From a virus (lineage: Duplodnaviria; Caudoviricetes): a stretch of 37,434 nt of DNA. The DNA is taken from IMG/VR virus record IMGVR_UViG_3300020044_006862, positions 1-37,434 of that record. One strand, given 5' to 3'. This document shows, piece after piece, positions 8,400-18,174 of the stretch. The notes under the pieces are model-generated. The model saw nothing but the letters and a program-made list of their open reading frames with translations. It had not been told where the DNA came from and made no database searches. Each line of letters begins with the position of its first letter. The first letter of the stretch is position 1. Made by a program: the position numbers and the translations under genes.

Positions 8400-10625
8400 A
8401 ACGATTACAAGCGAAAGCTCACCCTAGCCGTCATTTGCGGCAATGTTGAAAACATCATGGAGCGGTTCATTCGCTCGTTTGCTCCGCTAGTTGACGAGGT
8501 GGTTTTAATTCGCGCTATCGGCAATCAAAGGCCGGACGCTACTCTTGAAATTGCCGTTCGCGTTTTGCGTGAAATGAAAGTGGAGTGGAGCCATTATTAT
8601 TATGAAAATGCCGAAGGCAACGATTGGCCTCACGTTGACGACTTCGCCGCCGCCCGCCAAATGGCCTTTGATGATGCTCGAAATGAATGGGTAATGTGGG
8701 CCGACACCGACGACATCCTTGACCCGCGCTACATCCCAATTATCCGTCGCGCTCTGGATGGCTTAGAGGACGACTTCACTGGCATCCAATTCCCATACGA
8801 GGTGCCCGAAGATTGTGTCACAGTCATGCGTGAGCGCATCGTGAGAAAGGACGCATGGAAGTGGCAATCACCTATTCATGAGTGCTTGATGCCCACCGTT
8901 CAAGACGCCAACATTGGCACGCTGAACAACGTGAAGATCGTCCACGCTCCGATCTCTCACCGCGGTCCGAATAACGAGCGTAATATGCGGATTCTGGAGA
9001 GCATTCCTGAAGCTGAGCGCACCGTTTCCCAGCGCTTTCATTTCATGCAGACGCTCGACCTTGTAGGGCGGCATGACGAAGCGATGAACGAAGGCGCAAA
9101 GCTCGTCCAAGATCCCGAAGTGCCGCCTGTGGAGAAGTATCAGATTTACTGCTTCCTTGCCAAGGGCGCACAGGAGCCGATGCGTTCTCAGCTTTACCTT
9201 CAGGCAGTCGCCATCGACCCATCCCGCCGCGAAGCTTACGCTGAACTGTGCAAGGGCGCATTCGCCCGTCAAAAGCCGCAAGAGATGATTGCTTGGGCTC
9301 GGTGCCTGCGCTCGCAACCAAAGCCCTACGAGTGGCCCTGGAACGCTCGCCGCTCACTGTGGGGGAGGGAGGGCGTGGAAGCTCACGCGATGGCGCTAAG
9401 GGCAAACCTAGACTTCGCCGGCGCCGACACGCACGAACTGAACTTCTTCAAACGCAACGGCGCGAAGATTAGCTTGCTTCACGCGACCCGTGGCAGAGTC
9501 CAGCAAGCCGCAGCTGCTCGCCGCAAGTGGCTGGAAAAAGCCGCAAATCCTGACGCCATCGAGCATATTTTCGCCATTGATGCCGACGACGCCGACAGCA
9601 TCCAATACCTGACCCTTTGGCGGCACCGAATCGTTCAGGGTGACGGCGGTCCAGTCCGCGCATGGAACGCTGCCGCCGAAGCGTCACACGGCGAAGTCTT
9701 GATTCAGCTTTCGGACGATTGGGAGCCGCCGATGCACTGGGACAAGATCATTCTAGAGCGCATGGGCGACACGTCGAAGCCTGCTGTTTTGCAAATCTCA
9801 GACGGGCACCGCGAAGATGATCTGATGTGCATGGCGATTCTGACCCGCGCCCGATACCTTAATCAAGGCTACTTGTTCCATCCTGATTTCTTCAGCATGT
9901 ATTCAGACAACTGGTTTTCTGAATGCGCTCACCGGGACGGCGTGGTGATTGATGCGCGGGATGTGGTGTTTGAGCATCTGCATCCCGTGTTCGGCAAGGG
10001 TGAGATGGATGCGGTTTATGTAAGGTCAAACACGGACGACAATTACAAGGAGGGGGCATCGCATTTTATGCGGCTCAAAGGCGGCGCGATCACCTCATGG
10101 GACGTGGAGGGCTGGTGCGACTTCCGCGACCTCTACGCAGCCATTGCTCGCAAGCTGCAGGACGGGGATGTGTTCGTTGAGGTCGGAAGCTGGAAAGGGC
10201 AAAGTATCATTTACCTTGCACAGCGATTGCAGGACCAAGAGAAATCGGTGAAGCTTTATGCTGTTGATACCTTCAAGGGCGATGCTGACACGGGAATTCT
10301 TGAAGTGATAAAGGAGTTTGATCACAACGTGCAAGCGGCTGGATGCAGCTATAACGTGATTACTGTGGCGATCCCTTCAGTCATGGCGGCGACTGGCTTT
10401 GATGACTTATCCCTCGCAGGCGTATTCATCGACGCCGCCCACGACTACGATTCAGTCCTTGCTGACCTGAAAGCCTGGGCACCGAAGGTCAAGGAAGGCG
10501 GCATCATCGCCGGTCATGACATCGACGCCGAAGGAGTGCAACGAGCGCTGGCCGAGATGGGCTGGGAGTATCACGTGGTAGGGCGCTGCTGGGTGAAGAA
10601 GAATCAAAACAAGGAACAATCATGA
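8397..10625 (+). CDS. Multidomain glycosyltransferase: GT2 + TPR-like + second GT-A + class I SAM methyltransferase
   Basis: 'DDFAAARQMAF...WVMWADTDD'; helical 'QAVAIDPSRREAY'; 'SLLHATRGR...LIQLSDDW...FEHLHP'; 'VEVGSWKGQS...FIDAAHDY...GGIIAGHD'. Confidence 0.85.
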   Translation: MNDYKRKLTLAVICGNVENIMERFIRSFAPLVDEVVLIRAIGNQRPDATLEIAVRVLREMKVEWSHYYYENAEGNDWPHVDDFAAARQMAFDDARNEWVMWADTDDILDPRYIPIIRRALDGLEDDFTGIQFPYEVPEDCVTVMRERIVRKDAWKWQSPIHECLMPTVQDANIGTLNNVKIVHAPISHRGPNNERNMRILESIPEAERTVSQRFHFMQTLDLVGRHDEAMNEGAKLVQDPEVPPVEKYQIYCFLAKGAQEPMRSQLYLQAVAIDPSRREAYAELCKGAFARQKPQEMIAWARCLRSQPKPYEWPWNARRSLWGREGVEAHAMALRANLDFAGADTHELNFFKRNGAKISLLHATRGRVQQAAAARRKWLEKAANPDAIEHIFAIDADDADSIQYLTLWRHRIVQGDGGPVRAWNAAAEASHGEVLIQLSDDWEPPMHWDKIILERMGDTSKPAVLQISDGHREDDLMCMAILTRARYLNQGYLFHPDFFSMYSDNWFSECAHRDGVVIDARDVVFEHLHPVFGKGEMDAVYVRSNTDDNYKEGASHFMRLKGGAITSWDVEGWCDFRDLYAAIARKLQDGDVFVEVGSWKGQSIIYLAQRLQDQEKSVKLYAVDTFKGDADTGILEVIKEFDHNVQAAGCSYNVITVAIPSVMAATGFDDLSLAGVFIDAAHDYDSVLADLKAWAPKVKEGGIIAGHDIDAEGVQRALAEMGWEYHVVGRCWVKKNQNKEQS

Positions 10626-10918
10626 GTGAAAACCTAGAAAGCCGCTATCGACACACGATGGCTGAAATCAAGCGAGTGCGCCTTGAGTTGAAAAAACTGG
10701 AGATCAGACTCAAGGGCCTTGACAAAGAAATCCGCAATAGCAAGGGAGTCCTTCAAAGCACTCTCGACGACCGCCCAAGGCTAAAGCGTGAGAGGATGGA
10801 GGCTGGAAGGCTAAGGCAGCTTGGATTCTCATACAAAGAGATTGCTGTGCGGTTGGGATTGAGCAACGACACCATGGCAAGGAACAGAGTAATCCAGTTC
10901 AACAAAGGCAATCTATGA
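10622..10918 (+). CDS. Coiled-coil + HTH protein
   Basis: 'RLRQLGFSYKEIAVRLGLS' HTH; ATGA-coupled on both sides. Confidence 0.6.
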   Translation: MSENLESRYRHTMAEIKRVRLELKKLEIRLKGLDKEIRNSKGVLQSTLDDRPRLKRERMEAGRLRQLGFSYKEIAVRLGLSNDTMARNRVIQFNKGNL

Positions 10919-11472
10919 CTCCAAAACTCTCCATCCTAACTCCCGCCATTTGGCGACGCATCGACAAAACCCGCGCTCTCGCGGATCTTATCGCGCCCCA
11001 TTCACAAGTCGAACACGTCGTAGTCCTCGACAACATGACCCGCTCAGTCGGACTCAAGCGCCAAGCCTGCATGGATGCCGCTATTGGTGATTACGTCATG
11101 TTCTGCGACGACGACGACGAGATCTTTGCCGAGACAATCCCGCTGATTCTCGCCGCCATCAAGCACTCGCCAGATGTGATCACGTTCAAGCAAGACGCGA
11201 TCTACAACGGGCGGCGCTCTGAGGTGGTTTTTCATCTGAACAACCAAGACGGCCCGTTCGTGGAGGGTGGGCGGACTCTCCGCGCCCCTTGGCACGTCTG
11301 CGCCTGGAAGCGTGAACTGGTGGCTGATTGCTTGTTTCCTGACATCAGCTACGGCGAAGATCGCGTGTGGGCTGAACAGGCACGGCGGAGGGTGAGGACA
11401 GGGCTGCACATTGATCAGGTGCTGCACCGTTACACGCATGACGCACGGGAGACGGCGGCACCGGAGCTTTAG
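10915..11472 (+). CDS. Glycosyltransferase family 2 (GT-A)
   Basis: 'KLSILTPA', 'GDYVMFCDDDD', 'FPDISYGEDRVW'. Confidence 0.85.
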   Translation: MTPKLSILTPAIWRRIDKTRALADLIAPHSQVEHVVVLDNMTRSVGLKRQACMDAAIGDYVMFCDDDDEIFAETIPLILAAIKHSPDVITFKQDAIYNGRRSEVVFHLNNQDGPFVEGGRTLRAPWHVCAWKRELVADCLFPDISYGEDRVWAEQARRRVRTGLHIDQVLHRYTHDARETAAPEL

Positions 11473-11488
11473 ACACTCCCGCTATAAT

Positions 11489-11809
11489 GTGACCGCACGC
11501 GCCGAATCTCTCTTTAACGCCGCTCGTCTCCGTCAAAAATACTGCGGCGGCGGCAAAGTCTCTGTGACCATCAGCGGCGTTGCTGGCACTGGAGTTCTTA
11601 GCGACGTGTCACGGCAGGACGACCTAGAGAGCGGTGGATTCATCCAGGGCATTGACGCAGAGCTTCACATCCGCAAATGCGAGTATGCAGCCGCGCCGAC
11701 AAACGGCACGACCATCACAGCAAACGGCACGACTTACCGAGTGACGGAGGTCAACAATGATCACCGCATGAGCGAGTGGATTTTAACCCTTCAGGCGCAG
11801 CACCGATGA
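11489..11809 (+). CDS. Head-tail joining/closure protein (gpFII-like)
   Basis: Beta-rich 'GTTITANGTTYRVTEV' C-terminus; GTG start at 11489 after the late motif. Confidence 0.6.
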   Translation: MTARAESLFNAARLRQKYCGGGKVSVTISGVAGTGVLSDVSRQDDLESGGFIQGIDAELHIRKCEYAAAPTNGTTITANGTTYRVTEVNNDHRMSEWILTLQAQHR

Positions 11810-12621
11810 TCACGATGCAGTTCGACAAGACGCGACTTGATCGATTATTCAAGGATGCGCCGAAGAAGTTTCTAGTGGCGGCTGGAACCGACATCCGCAC
11901 AGCAGCGCGCACGTTTGCCGCTATCGCTGCGAAAAACACTCTGCCTTACGGGGCATACGACCAGCCGCCGAAAGCCGCGACTAACACGGTGCAAAACCAG
12001 ATCAAACGCACCCAAGTTCCCATCGACTCGCTCGGCTCAATGTGGCAGATCATAAAGGACGTGGACCAAGGCCTAGCGGCCGCGTTCTGGACCGCGGTCA
12101 AGGCTCGCAAGATGGGCCTTGCAAAACAGATCTTGGACGACTTGCAAGCGGCTGGCGGAAACTTCACTCACGGCGCAGTTTCGCCCAGCGCTCACACCAA
12201 AGCGCGAACGGGCAAGAACCGATCGGTGCCGATTAACCACCGTCCTAGCCACATCATCACTTCAGCAGGTAGCGCGCTGAACACTTACATCAAGCGCAAA
12301 GAGAAAACCATCGGCGCAGCGAAAGCAGGATGGGCAGCAGCAGGGAAAAGCATCGGCGGAAGTATCAGCGCCAAAGAAGGCGTGAAGGCGTGGTATAACA
12401 CTGGGGCTCATCGCAAATCAAGGGGCACCCATCAACTAATCCGCACCGAGACCGAGACTTTTCTCAAGCTGATCAATCAGGTGCCGTGGGCAGATGTGGC
12501 ATTTCCAAGCGCTCAACGCAAAGTTTGCAGTCTCGAGTTTTTGCCTGCATTCAAAAAGAACGTAGCGACGCGAAAGGCGTCTCTTGCTAAAAAGGCATTT
12601 AAACAACAAGGAGCACGCTAA
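11806..12621 (+). CDS. Basic neck/tail-completion protein
   Basis: Basic, Ala-rich, between head closure and tail terminator. Confidence 0.5.
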   Translation: MITMQFDKTRLDRLFKDAPKKFLVAAGTDIRTAARTFAAIAAKNTLPYGAYDQPPKAATNTVQNQIKRTQVPIDSLGSMWQIIKDVDQGLAAAFWTAVKARKMGLAKQILDDLQAAGGNFTHGAVSPSAHTKARTGKNRSVPINHRPSHIITSAGSALNTYIKRKEKTIGAAKAGWAAAGKSIGGSISAKEGVKAWYNTGAHRKSRGTHQLIRTETETFLKLINQVPWADVAFPSAQRKVCSLEFLPAFKKNVATRKASLAKKAFKQQGAR

Positions 12622-12624
12622 CTT

Positions 12625-13062
12625 ATGGCTGACCATTGGACTATCCGACTTGAGACAATCTTCACCGATTACCTATCCACTATCTCCGCGACCACCATCC
12701 CGGCGACGGTGCAGAAGGTCGCGTCACGCTCGACGGCGGCTAGGAGTCGGCCTTGCGTTGTGCTTGAGGTCGATGGAGATCGCGCCGGCAACTACATGGT
12801 CAACGCTAACTTGACCGTGCACGTAATGACCAACGCAAACGACACCACCGACGCGCAAGCGGCAACGTGGAGCAAAGCGGCGGCTGATTTTATTCGTGAC
12901 GAGTCGGCGTGGTCAACATGGGCCGCGACAAAGACGACGACTTACCGCACAGGATGGGCTTTGCGGAAACGGTGGCTCGGCGCATTTGACGTGGAAACGG
13001 ACGAAGAAAGCAATCAACGCGATACTCGGCAGGTGATTAGTTTCGCAGTGGAGATTGACTGA
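12625..13062 (+). CDS. Putative tail terminator protein
   Basis: 145 aa, 'RSRPCVVLEV', immediately before the tail tube gene. Confidence 0.5.
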   Translation: MADHWTIRLETIFTDYLSTISATTIPATVQKVASRSTAARSRPCVVLEVDGDRAGNYMVNANLTVHVMTNANDTTDAQAATWSKAAADFIRDESAWSTWAATKTTTYRTGWALRKRWLGAFDVETDEESNQRDTRQVISFAVEID

Positions 13063-13085
13063 TTTTGACAAATTGCGATAGCTGT

Positions 13086-13481
13086 ATGGCTACCGCAGTA
13101 ATCGAAACAGGAGTTCTTCCCGCTTACGACCTCGACGAGGACGGAGAGGCTGGGATTTTGTTGGACACTTTTACGATGGCGTTCAAGCGCACGTATGAGA
13201 CCAAGCGCAACGCGAACAAGTCCACCATCTTCCATCGCGGGGTCGATCCTATGGTCGAAATCACCGCAGCAGGTCGCATCAGTGGCACCACTCGCGTGAC
13301 GTTCGCCGCCTTCCATCCAGGCACCACCATCACGGCGCTTTCTAACTACGCGACCACCATTCGCGGTTTCAATCCTGCGTCTGGCAAGATCATCTTCCAA
13401 GACGTTGAGGACACGCTGAACAACGTGGACACTACGCCGACCTTCAGCTTTTCGGCGATGCACTACCCGCTGATGTCCTAA
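13086..13481 (+). CDS. Putative tail tube (major tail) protein
   Basis: 131-aa beta/Thr-rich protein upstream of the chaperone and tape measure; ATG at 13086 follows the late motif. Confidence 0.55.
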   Translation: MATAVIETGVLPAYDLDEDGEAGILLDTFTMAFKRTYETKRNANKSTIFHRGVDPMVEITAAGRISGTTRVTFAAFHPGTTITALSNYATTIRGFNPASGKIIFQDVEDTLNNVDTTPTFSFSAMHYPLMS

Positions 13482-13510
13482 CCCATCCCGACACTCAGAC
13501 CTGAACGATT

Positions 13511-14266
13511 ATGGAAGCCTGGAGCGCCCCTGAACGAAACACACAGATAGCAGCCTGCTTTGCTGCGCTCGGCTTCCCTTGCCGCATTGAAAAGCAGACC
13601 GACGCCGAAACTGGGCACACCGTCGCGTCATTCTTTTTCCGCACTGCTACTGCGCCGGGATTCCCGCCAGCTCGACTCTCTGACATCCGCCAAGCCTACG
13701 ACAGCGGCGATATGGAGCGCAACACGCCGCACCATCCGCTACTCATGGGAATGCGCGCCATGCACAACCTGAACGCGCTCATGGACTGGATGAAGCAGGG
13801 CAAGCAGCAACGACTTGTGACCACAGCGCAGAAACAGTTCATGATCTACAAGCCAGGGCAGGCTCACGCGCAAGAGGCCGTGATGATCAACACTGGCGAC
13901 ATTGACGCTTGTGCTGCCCTCGCGTCCATCGGCGTGCCTGTCTGTTCCATCGACGGGCACAGCAACGCTCACCGCTTCCATGTGCCAGCAATGGGCATGG
14001 ATCTCATCGGCACGCACGGCGCTTACAATGTTGATGCCGCGCAACTACTCAAGGAGCTACGCGCCGGCACGCTCGACGAGTTCGATGACGACTTCATGGC
14101 CGGTTACAACGCGCTCAAGGCTCGGCGTGATCTGCTGGGCGCAGTCAAGGCTCAACGGGCTTCTGTGCTGATCCGCAAGCCTAACTCTTTTCGGCGCGCC
14201 TACGTCATGGAAAACGCCAGCGGAACGATCATGGACAAAGTAAAACGACACTTCAAAATAGCATGA
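13511..14266 (+). CDS. Hypothetical protein with an internal domain duplication
   Basis: 251 aa; 'NTQIAACFAALGFPC' resembles 'GDIDACAALASIGVPV'. Confidence 0.7.
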   Translation: MEAWSAPERNTQIAACFAALGFPCRIEKQTDAETGHTVASFFFRTATAPGFPPARLSDIRQAYDSGDMERNTPHHPLLMGMRAMHNLNALMDWMKQGKQQRLVTTAQKQFMIYKPGQAHAQEAVMINTGDIDACAALASIGVPVCSIDGHSNAHRFHVPAMGMDLIGTHGAYNVDAAQLLKELRAGTLDEFDDDFMAGYNALKARRDLLGAVKAQRASVLIRKPNSFRRAYVMENASGTIMDKVKRHFKIA

Positions 14267-14703
14267 ACGACATCGAACTAAGAGAAGAACAACCCGAATC
14301 AGTAACCATCCTGATTGACCAACCTGCACCGATTGACCCGCACGAAAAAGCGCGGGAAGAAGCCTTTGACGCAACCTTCGAATGGAAGGGATTGCCGCTC
14401 GGCCCATTCACCAGCGGACGCCGCCGGGAGTGGATTCGCCTTCGCGGTATCGACGGCGTGGATAACAGCCTGCTCGACGACGCGACGAAGATCGTGTGGC
14501 TGTGTCTGACTCCCACCGACGAGCTGATCGCCAAACGCCGCAACCCTGAAGCGATGAGCGCGGAGATCTGGCGGTGGGCAGACGAGAACGTGGGCGACAA
14601 TGACAACGGGCCACTGCTCGACCTTGCCGACAAGATTGTCACTCAGTCCAGCCTGACGCGCGCCGTGCCGATTCCTTCAAACGGAGCCGAATCGGGAAAC
14701 TAG
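14263..14703 (+). CDS. Tail assembly chaperone (gpG-like)
   Basis: Acidic 146-aa protein upstream of tape measure, ending in a slippery site. Confidence 0.7.
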   Translation: MNDIELREEQPESVTILIDQPAPIDPHEKAREEAFDATFEWKGLPLGPFTSGRRREWIRLRGIDGVDNSLLDDATKIVWLCLTPTDELIAKRRNPEAMSAEIWRWADENVGDNDNGPLLDLADKIVTQSSLTRAVPIPSNGAESGN

Positions 14704-14927
14704 CATGGCCCGTTGAAGATGCGCTTTACATCGCAGTCGTCCACAAGGCAACGGGCCTGAATGAGCATGAAATTGATTGGAAACTGCCACTGTCTAAGGG
14801 TTGGGCTTACTTCCACGCGCAACGCCTACTCGACGGAGAACTAATGACATGGCCAACCACCGAAAGCACGCCAGACGGCAGATGGTGGCTGGCGATTCAA
14901 GAGCGATTGACTAACTCGACATTGTAA
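14263..14927 (+). CDS. Frameshifted tail assembly chaperone (gpGT-like), -1 slip at G GGA AAC 14694-14700
   Basis: The -1 frame is open from the slip site (LAWPVEDALYIAVVHKATG...RLTNSTL) to a TAA overlapping the tape measure ATG. Confidence 0.75.
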
Positions 14928-16699
14928 TGGCAGACGCAACCGTAACACTTGGGCTAAATGCCGCGCAACTAACGGCTGGACTCAGGGCCGCGTCCAGTAA
15001 TGTTGATAAATTCGCCAAGGGCGCGTCCAGTTCGTTTTCTCGATTGAGCGCATCGCTCGGTGTGCTTGGTGGCGGGTTTACTCTTGGGGCTATCGTAAAG
15101 CAGGGCTTTTCATTCAATCAGACAATGCAGGATTCCGAGGTTGCCATTGGCAACGTCCTACAGCAACTGGCTGGATTAAACGCCGAAGCTGCTAAGTCGG
15201 AAGCGGCTAAAGCAATGCAGCAACTAATCGACCTTGAGCCAGAAGCGGCTGGAGGCTTAACTGATTTGGTTGGTGGATTTATGGCCACCATAGCCGCCGC
15301 TCAGGGTGTTGGTATAACCGTAAATCAAAACATTGATTTGGTCGGTAAATTTGCCAACGCTCTAGCAAACGCAAATCTTCCCATGGATCAACTTGGTCAG
15401 GAGATGCGCTCAATCCTGACCCAGAACATCGGAGCAGATTCAAGCCTTGCCAAAATTTTAGGTATCACCAATGAGATGGTTGGAAAGGCTAGGGAGGCTG
15501 GCACTCTTTACGAATTTCTTACCAGCAAAATTGGACTACTTGGAGTCGCGGGCGATACCGCCGCAGTTGCCTTTTCAACGCTCAACAGCGCATTAAGCAA
15601 AGCCGCAGGAGCATTGACCGCTGATATGTTCAGCGACTCAGTAAGCGGCGCGAAAAGTTTAAGTGTAGCAGTTGATGAAAACATCCAAAGCTTTCAATAT
15701 CTCGGCAAAGCGCTTGGTGATGTGATTGATCTTTCAGTTAAAGGAATTGGTTTGGTCGGTGAATTTTTTCAATTCAACAATGCTATTGGAACTGCACTGG
15801 GCGAGTTGATCACAGGCGGCAATCCTATTGAAGCGTTTAACGAAACAATGGAAAGCTTCAAGGCTAACACAGCCAAAGCCGCATCAGGCGCAGCAGCAAA
15901 GCCCGGCGGCGCAGCTAGCGGCGGCGGCTCAAGCGGATCTGTTTCCAACATTGTCGAAAAGCAAAAAAAGGACACTTACGACATCGCCAAGAACATCCAG
16001 GAGCAAGCAAACGCCACCAACAGACTTCTTGCGCCTTATCAGCAACTCTTGAATTATCTTGACCAGCAAAAACAAAAGCAAGATCAAATCAATAGTGCCA
16101 ACAAGCAAGCTAAACAACAATCGCAAAGCAAAATCGAATCGCAAAAAAACTTTGCCCAATCGCTTGAAGATGAGTTTAAATTGCTAAGCGCAAAAGCTAG
16201 CGGGGACGATAAGGCATTGAAGGCCATGGAACGTGAGCTTGCGATTAAAGAACGCGCAAAAGAAATCCAACAGCAAATGCAAGTGGATGCCAAGACTGCA
16301 ATGGGCATCGCAACGCAAATGCAAGATATGACCGAAAAGGCCAGGGATAAAAGCGAAGGCGGCGCAGACGGCGACAAACGCATTCAGGGCTATTCCTTTG
16401 AGCGGCAGGGTGGACGCGATGAAGCACGGGAAAGGGCGGCGCAAAGAAGGGCTGCTGGCGACGCTAAAAGGGGCGCTGCATATGCTCGTGGATTTGGTGG
16501 GCTGGCCGAGTTTAACTCCAATCAAGCCGATCCAAATTTCGCAAAGCCAAGCACTCCAAATCTGGATAAAGCCTTCCCAAAGTCAATAACTCCAAATTCA
16601 CAAACAACTTCAACAAAGCCACCCGACACATCTAACTCAGTAGTCGGCAGTATCCAGCGCCTTGAAGAAACAATCAAGATGCTACTCCAAGTCGATTGA
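14927..16699 (+). CDS. Tape measure protein
   Basis: 590 aa, Ala/Gly/Leu-rich helical, 'MADATVTLGLNAAQL' N-terminus, follows the G/GT chaperone. Confidence 0.85.
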   Translation: MADATVTLGLNAAQLTAGLRAASSNVDKFAKGASSSFSRLSASLGVLGGGFTLGAIVKQGFSFNQTMQDSEVAIGNVLQQLAGLNAEAAKSEAAKAMQQLIDLEPEAAGGLTDLVGGFMATIAAAQGVGITVNQNIDLVGKFANALANANLPMDQLGQEMRSILTQNIGADSSLAKILGITNEMVGKAREAGTLYEFLTSKIGLLGVAGDTAAVAFSTLNSALSKAAGALTADMFSDSVSGAKSLSVAVDENIQSFQYLGKALGDVIDLSVKGIGLVGEFFQFNNAIGTALGELITGGNPIEAFNETMESFKANTAKAASGAAAKPGGAASGGGSSGSVSNIVEKQKKDTYDIAKNIQEQANATNRLLAPYQQLLNYLDQQKQKQDQINSANKQAKQQSQSKIESQKNFAQSLEDEFKLLSAKASGDDKALKAMERELAIKERAKEIQQQMQVDAKTAMGIATQMQDMTEKARDKSEGGADGDKRIQGYSFERQGGRDEARERAAQRRAAGDAKRGAAYARGFGGLAEFNSNQADPNFAKPSTPNLDKAFPKSITPNSQTTSTKPPDTSNSVVGSIQRLEETIKMLLQVD

Positions 16700-16716
16700 C
16701 AAAACCCCAATAACGT

Positions 16717-17355
16717 ATGTCCGCAGCCCAAACTCAACGCATTCCCAACAACGTCGACATCGAAGGTGATTTGATCGTTCGCGGCAATCTCCCGAACATC
16801 CCGCGCTCTTCGCTGATTCAAGACGACTTTGTGTCGTTCATGATCCCTTTGGAGCGGTTTCGCGTTTGGGACGCTTATGCTACCGCCCTTCCCGGCACAT
16901 CGGCCACTGATGACCTTGGGATGATCACCGGCACGTTCGGCACGGCGCCACCCTACATCGGCACGGGCGACGTGAAAAACAGCACAGTGACGCGATATGC
17001 TCGCGTAGGCTATCAGCTCCCGGCTGAGTATGTCGCAGGGCAGAGCGTGCGTCTAACGCTACACGCCGGCATGATCACCACTGTCTCAAGCGGGGCGGCC
17101 ACGGTGGACGTGGAGTGCTACAAGATGGCGCAGGACGGCAGCACGGGCATGGGCTCAGACCTTGTGACCACTGCGGCCACGACCATCCGCTCACTGACTT
17201 TCGGTGACAAGGACTTCGATATTACGTCCACCGCGCTTTCTCCTGGTGACTGGCTCGACATCCGCGTCACGGTCAATGTGGTGGACAGCATGACCGGCAC
17301 GGCTGTGATTGGCGCAATTCTGGCCGCTGAAATGAAGCTCGACATCAAAGGCTAA
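16717..17355 (+). CDS. Virion structural protein (beta-rich)
   Basis: 212 aa, Thr-rich, follows tape measure, has its own late motif. Confidence 0.55.
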   Translation: MSAAQTQRIPNNVDIEGDLIVRGNLPNIPRSSLIQDDFVSFMIPLERFRVWDAYATALPGTSATDDLGMITGTFGTAPPYIGTGDVKNSTVTRYARVGYQLPAEYVAGQSVRLTLHAGMITTVSSGAATVDVECYKMAQDGSTGMGSDLVTTAATTIRSLTFGDKDFDITSTALSPGDWLDIRVTVNVVDSMTGTAVIGAILAAEMKLDIKG

Positions 17356-18173
17356 TGACTCCCGTCTTATCCGAAGGCTCACCTAATTTCTGGCTGGAGA
17401 ATCCAACGATTCGCCGCCGCTTTGATGGGCTGGACGAGTTGAGCGCGGTTTACTTCACGGACAATCCGCTTTTCATCGCTCCCGGCAACACGCTGCCTGC
17501 GCCTTACAGCGAATTTAAAGCGCGAGATGTAGAGGTCAACTTTGAGCCTGACGATACGGCAGAATTGCGCGTCACTGGCGTTGGGCTTTACGGAACGCAG
17601 ACCAACCGCAAACTGGGATCAAGCTGGACTGAAAACCAAGAAGGGTTTGATGATGGGTCTGAGACTTGGATTGTCGGCAATAGGGCTCTTTTTCCAATTG
17701 GAGAACAATCTAGTGAAGAAACTGGAATGTATGTTTCAGATGTTAGCTTTGAGCGCATTGACCCTGATTTTGAATACTGGCGCGCTAACGTAAAGTATCG
17801 CGGCATTTTACGCACCAAAGACGAAAAAATACACCTATCAACAGCAGCTCGCGAGATGGGCATTGAAAATGTTGCTGTAAATATTGAGCCCGGCGGATGG
17901 AGTGATCCTAGGTCTGGAGATATTATGTGGCCGCGACCTGAAGTAAAGACATCATTTGTTCAAGTGGGCGCTCCAGGAATGGCAGATATTCCTAGCGTAG
18001 CAGCTCCGCCGATTGATCCTGGCGTTTTTATTCCCAATTTAACCGGCCCAGGCATTAAATACCATTGGCCGAACGGTTGGGTGATTACTGCAAGGGAAGC
18101 TGAAAAACTTAACGGCGCAAACGTATGGTTTATTCAGGAAACCTACACATACAACGCGCTGGAAACTTGGTAG
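17355..18173 (+). CDS. Putative tail tip/hub protein
   Basis: Acidic 272-aa protein in the tail module, TAATG-coupled. Confidence 0.5.
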   Translation: MTPVLSEGSPNFWLENPTIRRRFDGLDELSAVYFTDNPLFIAPGNTLPAPYSEFKARDVEVNFEPDDTAELRVTGVGLYGTQTNRKLGSSWTENQEGFDDGSETWIVGNRALFPIGEQSSEETGMYVSDVSFERIDPDFEYWRANVKYRGILRTKDEKIHLSTAAREMGIENVAVNIEPGGWSDPRSGDIMWPRPEVKTSFVQVGAPGMADIPSVAAPPIDPGVFIPNLTGPGIKYHWPNGWVITAREAEKLNGANVWFIQETYTYNALETW

Positions 18174-18174
18174 C

